A stretch of DNA of 64,000 bases from Mesotaenium endlicherianum (taxonomy: Eukaryota). Under the pieces are notes generated by a model that searched no databases, had not been told where the DNA came from, and saw nothing but the letters and a program-made list of their open reading frames with translations. The stretch is taken from contig WELA01001462.1 in assembly GCA_009602735.1 (NCBI GenBank), positions 621,880-685,879 on the forward strand, in the 5' to 3' direction. Both the position numbers and the translations under genes were made by a program. Positions 1 through 9,112 of this stretch are shown here, one piece after another; the stretch's first letter is position 1; every line of letters begins with the position of its first letter.

Positions 1-263
1 TCCAGCCGTCATGAGAGCTTCTTTTTCAGCCGGGGAGAGTCTTGCTTTCACTCCTTGCTGGTTTCTTGCATCATAAGTGTCATTGGAGGGTCTTCCACTC
101 TTCCGGGCAGCCGCGGGGTCCCTTTTAATAACTCCAATTTCCATGGGTGTGGGTCCAGATTCGGATGTGGAAGGGGCTACTGAAAGGGGCAAAGTGCCCG
201 AGTGGAGGCGTAGTAACTCACGCGGAAAGGAACTAGTTACAATCATACTAGAGAGTGCAGCGA

Positions 264-983
264 TGTAATGAATCAGTATACTGGTCGATATAATATTCAT
301 TTAAATAATATAGTCAAATAAGTTCAGCCTGCTGAACTCTAGTTAACAATCAGTCTGCTGGACTTTATACTTAATATCAGTTTAATGACTTGGCCGGAAG
401 TAGCAGGCTGAGGTCACCTTAAGTCAGCTTGCTGACACATTCTTTGACAGCCAGCTGACTTCCGTACTCGGTAGCAGCGAACTGCCTTGATATGCATCTA
501 AGTGCGATATGCTAGATGAATGGCCAGATGACATCCCTATGATGGATGGCTATTCGGGATGATGGGAGATGGCGGTGGATTTGGTTAACCGAGGTCCTAC
601 CAACGTGGTTAACTCCCGGGTAGGCGGTGCCATCGCACTGACCGTTGAACAGTAAACTCATTCCATGTACATATGCTAGGCATTGCTCTCGAGTTCGGCA
701 TTCGGAAACGAGGCCAACTCTCTTGTACAGCTTACTGAGAGAGATCTGAATCCAAGGCGAGAAGCCATTGATACGCACTGTCTTCTAACCTTGCTTATGT
801 ATGAGTTTACTGATTTGCATCATTGATGCTAGTTTACTCGCATTTGACTTACGAGTATTATTCCCTGCTAGTGTATTGTCCTTTGCCGTTTAACTAGTTA
901 ACGGAAATACCATAAAGATTACTTGCTGATATAAAGATCTTTATTAATTGTTAATCGCCTATTTGGTAAGTCGATTCATTTCA
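264..983 (+). repeat. Family A LTR1
   Basis: TGTAATG...TTTCA, direct repeat of 8359-9078 and 16389-17108. Confidence 0.95.
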
Positions 984-984
984 G

Positions 985-996
985 TGGTATCGGAGC
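985..996 (+). promoter_or_regulatory. Primer-binding site, tRNA-iMet type (TGGTATCGGAGC); second copy at 9080-9091
   Basis: 1 nt after the LTR end; one mismatch to the canonical plant iMet PBS TGGTATCAGAGC. Confidence 0.9.
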
Positions 997-1017
997 AGTT
1001 ATCACAGTCTTCTTTGT

Positions 1018-2496
1018 ATGGTAAGGACAAGGTCTCAAACTAGCAACTCCCGAGACATGGAGAACCAGGAGAACGAGAATGTCGAAAACCAGGCGGAAAG
1101 CCATGTAGCGGGAAATCGTACCAATTCGGAAGCAGTAGCAAATACTGCAGCTAGGGAGGCTGCAGAGAAGGCAGCTGCTATTGCCTCAGTCGCAGCTCAG
1201 CAAGCTGAGGAGGAGAGAGCCAGGCTAGAAGCTGAACAAGTAGCAAAGGCCGCTGAAGATATACAAAGGAGGGAAGGACAGCCAGCTGACGAGCGCACTG
1301 TTGAAGAACTTATGGCATCAAGGGCCAATGTTCTGAACCCACCTCCTGCCGTACAACTCAATGTACCCCTAGGTCAAATACGTGACCGGCTGAATGCGGC
1401 AGGAATTGCTGCTGCAGGAGCAAGAGGGATTGTTGAGGACACTACTCAGCGAGTAGATGCCAATGCTGCTGCTGCATTTGCTAATCTACCACCCCAAAAT
1501 GTAGACTTGGGAGCATTGTTCGTTCAGATGCAGTCGCAAATGGCGACCATGTATCAGTCCCAGCAGGAGGACAAAAGAATCATAATGTCCCTACTCCGGG
1601 ACAGAGACCAACTGGGGTCTCACACCACTAGTGGTGGTGGCCGAGGGCCTAGTAAGCCCAAGCCGAAACCTCCCCAGGACTATGATCCTGAGGGAAACAG
1701 AAAATATTACCTGATCAAGTTTCTCGCGGATGTTGAGCAGTGGCTGGAGAACTACCCAGAACTGCAAGATTACGAGAAGGTCAGGCACACCGGTGCGCTA
1801 CTGAAAGGCAGTGCCGCAGACTGGTGGCTTTACTGGAAGGAAGAGCGTAAGGCTCGGCAACTCGGTGACCCTACGTGGGTAGAGTTTGTCGAGAAGTTGC
1901 ATGAGAAGTTTGATGTCATCAACCAGCAGGAGAAAGCTATCTATGCGATGATCTCCCTGACACTGAAGCAGACCACTTCAGTTGCTGAGTTTGCTCAAAA
2001 GTTCCAAGAGAACATGATGAAGCAGCCTGATTTGCCAGAACGGTATAGGATAGCATACTTCAGGTATGGCTTGAAATCCGAGGTCTCTGGTCATTTTGCT
2101 GAGAAAAAGTATGAGAAACTGGCTGACTTGATCCAGGATGCTGACGCCTGGGATCAGCAGCAGTTCAATCACAAGCGCCAGAGTAACGCTTTGGTGTCTA
2201 AGATTGTCAAAAAGCCCCACGGTTCCTACAATGCAGTTGAAGGAGACCAGGCTGAGGATAATCAGGGTGATGAATATGAGTATGAGTACAATGCTATTCA
2301 GTCTAGAGGTAGAGGTGGTCCCTCTCGAGGTGGCTATGGAAGGGGTGGTGGTAGGACTAAGCCGAGACCAGCCTCAGCAAAATCTACTTGCTACCATTGT
2401 CAGCAGAAAGGCCACTACAGAGAACAGTGTCCGGTCAAGCACCTGCCTAAGGTCGAGAGAAAAGACCAGCCTTTAAAAGACAGCAACAGTCAGTAA
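1018..2496 (+). CDS. gag: Gag (retrotransposon capsid, RGG-rich segment, CCHC zinc knuckle), intact
   Basis: 492-aa ORF with [21 protein letters not shown] and FRYGLK motifs and the knuckle [14 protein letters not shown]. Confidence 0.93.
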   Translation: MVRTRSQTSNSRDMENQENENVENQAESHVAGNRTNSEAVANTAAREAAEKAAAIASVAAQQAEEERARLEAEQVAKAAEDIQRREGQPADERTVEELMASRANVLNPPPAVQLNVPLGQIRDRLNAAGIAAAGARGIVEDTTQRVDANAAAAFANLPPQNVDLGALFVQMQSQMATMYQSQQEDKRIIMSLLRDRDQLGSHTTSGGGRGPSKPKPKPPQDYDPEGNRKYYLIKFLADVEQWLENYPELQDYEKVRHTGALLKGSAADWWLYWKEERKARQLGDPTWVEFVEKLHEKFDVINQQEKAIYAMISLTLKQTTSVAEFAQKFQENMMKQPDLPERYRIAYFRYGLKSEVSGHFAEKKYEKLADLIQDADAWDQQQFNHKRQSNALVSKIVKKPHGSYNAVEGDQAEDNQGDEYEYEYNAIQSRGRGGPSRGGYGRGGGRTKPRPASAKSTCYHCQQKGHYREQCPVKHLPKVERKDQPLKDSNSQ

Positions 2497-5400
2497 TCCA
2501 GTCTACTGACTGTGAGGATGCTAGAGATAGTGAGTCGTCACTAGCTGCCCTCGTAGCAGGTATTATGGGTCCTGCTGAACTGGATTCACTATGCATGCCT
2601 GACAACCAGATAAAGGAGACCATCAGCAATATAGACGTCCAGAGAGTGCACACTCTGGATGCTCTTGTTCCACCTGATGTCCAACATTTCTTTGCTACGT
2701 CAGGAGAACAATGCGAAAGTCAGGAAAAGACAGTCCCCCCTATCCTACTGCATTGCATGATTGCAGGTAGGAAGGTGAGGGCATTTGTTGACGGAGGGGC
2801 GTCACATACTTTTATCCACAAGGACTTAGTTAAGCGGCTAAGGCTGCCTACTGTCACCCAAGGGAATAGAAAAATATTCCTTGGAGATGCCTCAAGTATC
2901 CCGGGAGGAGTTATAACCAAGCCTATTGAGGTCCAGTTAGGTTCTGGCATTGCAGTTCTAACTGAAACGCTTACATTTGAGGTACTCAACACTGGCTTTT
3001 ATGATCTCGTGCTAGGCAGGTCCTGGCTTAATAGACATCAAGCTGAAGTGTGTTGGAGCAGAGGTACAGTTAAAGTGAGAGGAGCCAGTGATGGGCAGAC
3101 TGACTTGGCACCCACCAGTGCTCTTCCTCTTGTCCTGTGTGGATGGCAAATGAAGGAAAAGAAGAGGCTTCCAGAAGGATGCAAGTTGCTGAATGCAATG
3201 GAGTTCGTCAAAAGCTGGAACCAGAAGGAAGACAGAATGTTCTGTCTGCTGCTAAGAGAGGTACCTCCTCAACCTGAAGAAGTGGTTGAGAAAAAGGTAC
3301 ACCCTCCGGAACACCCTACTGCTGCAAACATTGTTGCTCAGTACACGGATGTGTTTAATATGCCTCCAGGACTACCCCCTAAGCGGGAAGTAGATCATAG
3401 GATTGATTTATTACCTGGTAGCCAGCCACCCTGGCAACGCACGTATGGCTTGTCTTATTTGGAGAGTGAGGAGTTGAAAACACAGATTGCAGAGCTGGAG
3501 GAAAATGGTTACATTTCTCCCAGTAAATCACCGTACGGCGCACCTATCCTATTTGTTAAGAAAAAGGATGGCAGTATGCGGATGTGTGTGGATTACAGAG
3601 CCCTGAACAGAATTACAGTAAAGAACAAGTATGCTTTACCCAGAATCGAGGACTTGCTTGATACCCTGTCTGGCGCTAAGGTGTTCAGTAAGATAGATCT
3701 CAAGAGTGGTTATCATCAAATCAGAATTGCTGAGGGGGATGAACACAAGACTGCTTTCCGCACACGTTATGGACACTATGAGTTCAACGTGATGCCATTT
3801 GGACTGACTAATGCTCCTGCTACCTTTATGGGTGCTATGAATGACATTTTCAGACCTTATTTGGATAAGTTTGTGCAAGTTTTCCTGGATGATATTTTAA
3901 TTTTCTCTAAAGATGAAGCTCAGCACACTGAACACTTAAAGAAAGTGCTGGACACTCTGCGGAAAAATCACTTGTATGCTAAAATGAGCAAGTGTGATTT
4001 CTTTAAGGAAAGTATTGAATTCTTAGGCCACGTTGTCAGTAAAGAGGGCATCAGTGTGGATCCTAAGAAAGTCCAGACCATAAGGGACTGGCCAGTACCA
4101 CAGTCTGTCTCTGAAGTTAGATCCTTCCTCGGGTTGGCTAACTACTATAGGAGATTTATTGAGAATTATTCCACAAAGGCCAGTAAACTGACTGACCTTA
4201 CTAAGAAAGACATCGGGTATGTGTGGGGGGAAGAGCAGCAGGCTGCCTTCCAGACCCTTAAAGATGCCCTTTGTTCTGCCCCAGTGCTAGCCGTGTATGA
4301 CCCCAGCAAACCGGTGCAGGTGGTTACTGATGCCTCTGATTTTGCCATGGGTGCTATTTTGTTGCAGCCTGCTGACAAAACCACAAAGGATGGTAAGGTA
4401 CGGCAGGAGTGGCATCCTGTGTTGTATGAGTCTATGAAATTTAATCCAGCGGAGATTAATTACTCAGTGCATGATAAAGAGCTGCTAGCTATCATTCATG
4501 TACTCAAACAGTGGAGAGCATACTTACATGGTAAAGCTTTTAAGGTGATTACAGATCATCTAGCTCTGACCCACTTTCAGAAGAAGTCCAAGCTGTCGAG
4601 GAGGGAGAACCGCTGGAGCCAGATGCTGGAGCAGTTCCAAGTCCAGATCGACTACAAACCAGGGAAGTTGAATCCTGCTGATGCACTCTCTAGAAGACCT
4701 GACTTGCAAGAAAGGAACTTTAGTCAGCATGCTGTAGATAAAGTCCTGTGTGCACTCACTTCACTAAAGGTGAAAAAGTCCTTCCTTGAACAACTTAGGA
4801 AAGCCTACCTTTCTGACCCAACATTTGAGCCCAGCCCCACTACTGGTATGTGTCGTGCTACCGCACTCGGGTATAAGCTCAAGGGAGGGGTCTGGGTGAC
4901 TGAAACCACTTCAGGCAGGCTGAAGCTGGTCATTCCTAATAATTTGGAAATAAGGTCTCTCTTACTGAGTCAAGCTCATGACAGTCTCCTGGGTGGACAT
5001 TTGGGGCAGGCCAAAACTGTTGGCAAACTGGCAAAACATTATCATTGGGAGGGGTTACCCCGGGAGGTCTTGAAATATGTCAAGTCCTGTGACCAGTGTC
5101 AGAGAAATAAGTCTCGGCACACACCACCCGGAGGTCTCTTGCAACCGCTACCCATCCCAGCGGGACGCTGGGAAACTATATCCATGGACTGGGTGGTCTC
5201 ACTACCAAGAACTGCCAACGGGCATGATTCAATACTGGTAGTCGTGGATAAACTGACAAAAATGGTCATTTTTATCCCCACAACTGTCAAAGTGACTGCA
5301 CTCGAAACAGCGAGACAGTTTTACAACCATGTAGTATGCCAACATGGGCTCCCTTCTAATATCATCTCAGACAGAGACTCAAAATTCACCTCTAAGTTCT

Positions 5401-6281
5401 GGAGAGCTTTAATGGGGTTAATGGGAGTCAAACAGCTGCTCAGCACAGCAAACCACCCTCAGACTGATGGGCAGACTGAAAGAACTAACCGAGTTCTGCA
5501 GGAGGTGCTGAGAGCATATATTAACCAAAAACAAGATAATTGGGATGACCTGTTGCCTCAAATTCAGTTTGCGGTCAACAGTGCGGTGCACGCGTCAACG
5601 GGCAAAACTCCTTTTGAACTCAGCCTGGGTAGAGTCCCTAAGTCTCCTCTAGATGTGCTAGGGGAATCTTTAACTCACCCTGAAGGGATTGACAACCCGG
5701 TCTCCCTCCAGTTAACTCAGGAGTTTGCTGACACCCTGTCAGAAGTCCAACGAAACTTGCACACGGCCCAAGAAAACCAACAAAAATACGCTAATCAACA
5801 CCGTCGGGAGCTGACATTTTCCAAGGGCGATTTAGTCAAACTGCATTCTCAGCACCTGTACCTCCCTGGTGTGGTCAAGAAAAAGCTTGGCCCTGTCTGG
5901 GTCGGTCCATATTCGGTGGTCCGTCGTGTCGGTCAGAATGCTTACAAACTGAACATGTCAGCTGACTACAAGGGTCACCCGGTCTTTAATGTCTCCTTCC
6001 TGGAACCATACATCAAAGGTGATACACTGTTCACAGGTCGGTTACCTGTCCAACCGGGACCGGTCCCCGCTGTCCGGGACGGCGATCCTGAGGAATATGA
6101 GGTCGATGAGATTTTAGACGCTCGCTCGGTCCGTCGATCGTCTAAATATGTCATGAAGTACCTCATCCGATGGAAGGGTTACGATGCCTCTGGGGACACT
6201 TGGGAATTTAAAGACCAGCTGACCAATGCCAAAGGGGCGTTGAAACGGTTCCACCTTCGGGCGGCTGGGGCACCTCCCTAA
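2451..6281 (+). CDS. pol: Pol (protease-RT-RNaseH-integrase-chromodomain), intact, in the -1 frame relative to gag
   Basis: Frame is open from 2451 (first ATG 2565). Motifs: FVDGGAS (PR); [26 protein letters not shown] (RT); TDAS/ELLA/TDH/ADALS (RNaseH); HHCC, DDE and GPY (IN); YEVDEIL...YLIRWKGY...TWE (chromodomain). Confidence 0.96.
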   Translation, partial: GREKRPAFKRQQQSVIQSTDCEDARDSESSLAALVAGIMGPAELDSLCMPDNQIKETISNIDVQRVHTLDALVPPDVQHFFATSGEQCESQEKTVPPILLHCMIAGRKVRAFVDGGASHTFIHKDLVKRLRLPTVTQGNRKIFLGDASSIPGGVITKPIEVQLGSGIAVLTETLTFEVLNTGFYDLVLGRSWLNRHQAEVCWSRGTVKVRGASDGQTDLAPTSALPLVLCGWQMKEKKRLPEGCKLLNAMEFVKSWNQKEDRMFCLLLREVPPQPEEVVEKKVHPPEHPTAANIVAQYTDVFNMPPGLPPKREVDHRIDLLPGSQPPWQRTYGLSYLESEELKTQIAELEENGYISPSKSPYGAPILFVKKKDGSMRMCVDYRALNRITVKNKYALPRIEDLLDTLSGAKVFSKIDLKSGYHQIRIAEGDEHKTAFRTRYGHYEFNVMPFGLTNAPATFMGAMNDIFRPYLDKFVQVFLDDILIFSKDEAQHTEHLKKVLDTLRKNHLYAKMSKCDFFKESIEFLGHVVSKEGISVDPKKVQTIRDWPVPQSVSEVRSFLGLANYYRRFIENYSTKASKLTDLTKKDIGYVWGEEQQAAFQTLKDALCSAPVLAVYDPSKPVQVVTDASDFAMGAILLQPADKTTKDGKVRQEWHPVLYESMKFNPAEINYSVHDKELLAIIHVLKQWRAYLHGKAFKVITDHLALTHFQKKSKLSRRENRWSQMLEQFQVQIDYKPGKLNPADALSRRPDLQERNFSQHAVDKVLCALTSLKVKKSFLEQLRKAYLSDPTFEPSPTTGMCRATALGYKLKGGVWVTETTSGRLKLVIPNNLEIRSLLLSQAHDSLLGGHLGQAKTVGKLAKHYHWEGLPREVLKYVKSCDQCQRNKSRHTPPGGLLQPLPIPAGRWETISMDWVVSLPRTANGHDSILVVVDKLTKMVIFIPTTVKVTALETARQFYNHVVCQHGLPSNIISDRDSKFTSKFWRALMGLMGVKQLLSTANHPQTDGQTERTNRVLQEVLRAYINQKQDNWDDLLPQIQFAVNSAVHASTGKTPFELSLGRVPKSPLDVLGESLTHPEGIDNPVSLQLTQEFADTLSEVQRNLHTAQENQQKYANQHRRELTFSKGDLVKLHSQHLYLPGVVKKKLGPVWVGPYSVVRRVGQNAYKLNMSADYKGHPVFNVSFLEPYIKGDTLFTGRLPVQPGPVPAVRDGDPEEYEVDEILDARSVRRSSKYVMKYLIRWKGYDASGDTWEFKDQLTNAKGALKRFHLRAAGAPP
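2472..2513 (+). promoter_or_regulatory. Predicted -1 programmed ribosomal frameshift signal
   Basis: T TTA AAA (2472-2478) in the gag frame, 7-nt spacer, perfect 10-bp stem ACAGTCAGTA/TACTGACTGT (2486-2513). A -1 slip enters the pol frame. Confidence 0.8.
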
Positions 6282-6605
6282 CAGTCATTTCAGTTGACAC
6301 GGGAAGGTGACAGGAGGTCCTGTCTCCATATAAGTTGGAGGGGGATGTGACAGTTAGTGACAGTTGTGACAGGCAGCCCACCTTTAAAATTAAGTTGGAG
6401 GGAGTGGTATTCTCTGATCACCATATTACACACTCAACCTGCGCTCACACTCACTTGCTCTCTAACTCAATTTTCCCTTATATTCACTCACACCAGGTAT
6501 TCCACACTAGGAACTCTCCCGATCGCGTTCCTCTTCATCAAGGGCACTCAGTAGCGGCAAAATATCATGACTTCACTAACTGCATTGTGTTTATGATTGA
6601 GCAGG

Positions 6606-8273
6606 ATGACTCAAAAGTCGGAACTCAAGAGGAAGAGAAGGGCGGAAGAGGCACATGCAGAATACTTGCAATTCCGTGGAGACATCGAATCATCTTCCAT
6701 CTCCGCTCGGGAATCACAACGACTCCAACAACAGCGGGAGGCACAGAAGAAGAAGGAGGAGGAGGAACAGGCCAGACTGAGGCAGGAAGAAATGGACAGA
6801 AAAGCTGCAGAGGAGGCCAAGAAAGCAGAGGAGGAGAGGCAAGCTGAGGAGAAGCGGAAGCAGCAGGCTGAAGAAGAAGAACAGAGGAGAATCAGCAGCT
6901 ACCGCTACACGGTGCTGGGCAAGGGCTTTGATCTACTGGAGGAGGCCTTCAAGTATGCCCAGAGAAGTCGCAGTGAGTCGCAGAAGGAAATCCTCCAGAA
7001 GGAAGGGGAGACATCCGAAAACTTTGACAAGTATATAGAGGTCGGCACAGGGCTCCTCCTCTACCACGATTACGCCAGGATGGTAGGATATACCATCGGA
7101 GAGGCCAAGGCAATGGCCCAGGTGAACGAAGCAGGAGCTGTCTCGATTCCTGGTATCTGGGGGGCAGATAGGGTCATCAGGATGATCCCCATGGACGCGG
7201 ACAGCTTCAAGGACTCAACACCCCACAACAGGTTCAAGGCCATGTACAATGAGGTGGAGAGGAGGAGCTGGGAATTCTTGGCCAGGGAAACCAGTCAGCT
7301 GGACTTTGCAGGGCACTGGTACCCTTGTACTCTCAAAAAGACAGACGCTGCCTTCTTCCAAAAGCCCACTGATTGGCGGTGGATGACCATCAACATGAGG
7401 GACCAGCAGAATGACAGGGCGACGGATGAGGATTTCCTGACAGACCTAAAGGGGAACATAGTATTGCCCCCTCACATTGCGGCTTGGGACCCAAGATTGG
7501 ATGGAGTCAGAGACTGCATGAGCCAAGAGATGCAGGGGGACAGAAGCAGGGCCCGAGAGTCATTCTCCAAAGGGAAGCACGCTTATGCCAAATGGGCAAG
7601 TAAGCAGGGGGAAAAGGACCTCTATGCGGTCCGGACTCAGCAGCCCCCACCAGCACCCAAAAGGGGAAGGTCAGTAGGATATTCTTTTTCTCGGGAAGAG
7701 CTGGAGCAGCGGACAGAGGAGACCCCAGAAGTCTCAGAGGAACCCGGGGACGGCGAGGAGGCGGAGTCGGAGGAAGACGAGGAGGAAGGCGAGGAGGAGG
7801 ACACTAGCCCCGCCGTGATCCTGACACCTGCCACATCCCCTGTAAGGGAGAAGACGGGGTGGGCCCCGCCGCAACTCGCTCAAGAGGAGGATATCACTTG
7901 GCTGGGGACTGCCAGAGGACAGAGCCCATCTCCAGGCAAGGAGACCCAGTCAGACAGGGCAGACAGGAGGGCTGCTCGGGAGATAGCCAGAGGCCTGCCA
8001 GCATCTCCCTCGCAGAGAGGGCATGTACCCTTGGCTCATGTCATGCAACATCCTTCTGGGATGCCGGTATACGTACCTGTCAGTTTGAGGGCTGCCCAGG
8101 AGAAGGCTGCCTCCCTTCAGTTTCAGACTGTGCAGGAGGAAACAGCCCAGTTATTGCGTTCTCCGCCGGGTCCTTACACGGAACCTCCTTCTCTGACAGG
8201 CTTCAGAAGACCCCAAGACAGGAGGAGGTCTGGCTCCCCTGAGTATAGGGCCTCAGGGACATCTCCCTCCTAA
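6606..8273 (+). CDS. Extra sense ORF (ORF3, ~555 aa) of unknown function between pol and the 3' LTR
   Basis: Long ORF from ATG 6606, open in both tandem units. E/K/R/Q-rich helical N-terminus, Trp-containing central domain, acidic tract, P/S/R-rich tail. Confidence 0.85.
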   Translation: MTQKSELKRKRRAEEAHAEYLQFRGDIESSSISARESQRLQQQREAQKKKEEEEQARLRQEEMDRKAAEEAKKAEEERQAEEKRKQQAEEEEQRRISSYRYTVLGKGFDLLEEAFKYAQRSRSESQKEILQKEGETSENFDKYIEVGTGLLLYHDYARMVGYTIGEAKAMAQVNEAGAVSIPGIWGADRVIRMIPMDADSFKDSTPHNRFKAMYNEVERRSWEFLARETSQLDFAGHWYPCTLKKTDAAFFQKPTDWRWMTINMRDQQNDRATDEDFLTDLKGNIVLPPHIAAWDPRLDGVRDCMSQEMQGDRSRARESFSKGKHAYAKWASKQGEKDLYAVRTQQPPPAPKRGRSVGYSFSREELEQRTEETPEVSEEPGDGEEAESEEDEEEGEEEDTSPAVILTPATSPVREKTGWAPPQLAQEEDITWLGTARGQSPSPGKETQSDRADRRAAREIARGLPASPSQRGHVPLAHVMQHPSGMPVYVPVSLRAAQEKAASLQFQTVQEETAQLLRSPPGPYTEPPSLTGFRRPQDRRRSGSPEYRASGTSPS

Positions 8274-8344
8274 GGGCAGCAGGCTGGGGATAAGAGGGAC
8301 AGCACGCTGTTATTAGTGTTAGTGTTGTCGAGGCGACAACATGA

Positions 8345-8358
8345 TAAGTTGGAGGGAT
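8345..8358 (+). promoter_or_regulatory. Polypurine tract of family A (also 16375-16388)
   Basis: TAAGTTGGAGGGAT immediately before the LTR TG. Confidence 0.8.
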
Positions 8359-9078
8359 TGTAATGAATCAGTATACTGGTTGATATAATATTCATTTAAA
8401 TAATATAGTTAAATAAGTTCAGCCTGCTGAACTCTAGTTAACAATCAGTCTGCTGGACTTTATACTTAATATCAGTTTAATGACTTGGCCGGAAGCAGCA
8501 GGCTGAAGTCACCTTAAGACAGCTTGCTGACACATTCTTTGACAGCCAGCTGACTTCCGTACTCGGTAGCAGCGAACTGCCTCGATATGCATCAAAGTGT
8601 GTTATGCTAGATGAATGGCCAGATGACATCCCTATGATGGATGGCGATTCGGGATGATGGGAGATGGCGGTGGATTTGGTTAACCGAGGTCCTACCAACG
8701 TGGTTAACTCCCGGGTAGGCGGTGCCATCGCACTGACCGTTAAACAGTAAACTCATTCCATGTACATATGCTAGGCATTGCTCTCGGGTTCGGCATTCGG
8801 AGAAGAGGCCAACTCTCTTGTACAGCTTACTGAGAGAGATCTGAATCCAAGGCGAGAAGCCATTGATACGCACTGTCTTCTAACCTTGCGTATGTATGAG
8901 TTTACTGATTTGCATCATTGATGCTAGTTTACTCGCATTTGACTTACGAGTATTATTCCCTGCTAGTGTATTGTCCTTTGCCGTTAAACCAGTACACGGA
9001 AATACCATAAAGATTACTTGCTGATATAAAGATCTTTATTAATTGTTAATCGCCTATTTGGTAAGTCGAGTCATGTCA
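8359..9078 (+). repeat. Family A LTR2 (shared central LTR)
   Basis: Preceded by a PPT and followed by a PBS. Confidence 0.95.
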
Positions 9079-9112
9079 GTGGTATCGGAGCGATTATCAC
9101 AGTCTTCTTTGT

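Noticed and set aside
512..778. 88-aa minus-strand ORF recurring three times
   Set aside because: It lies inside the family A LTR, so recurrence reflects LTR identity; no protein motif and a non-ATG start.
6606..8273. ORF3 as an envelope (env) gene
   Set aside because: No evident signal peptide, transmembrane segment or fusion-protein features.
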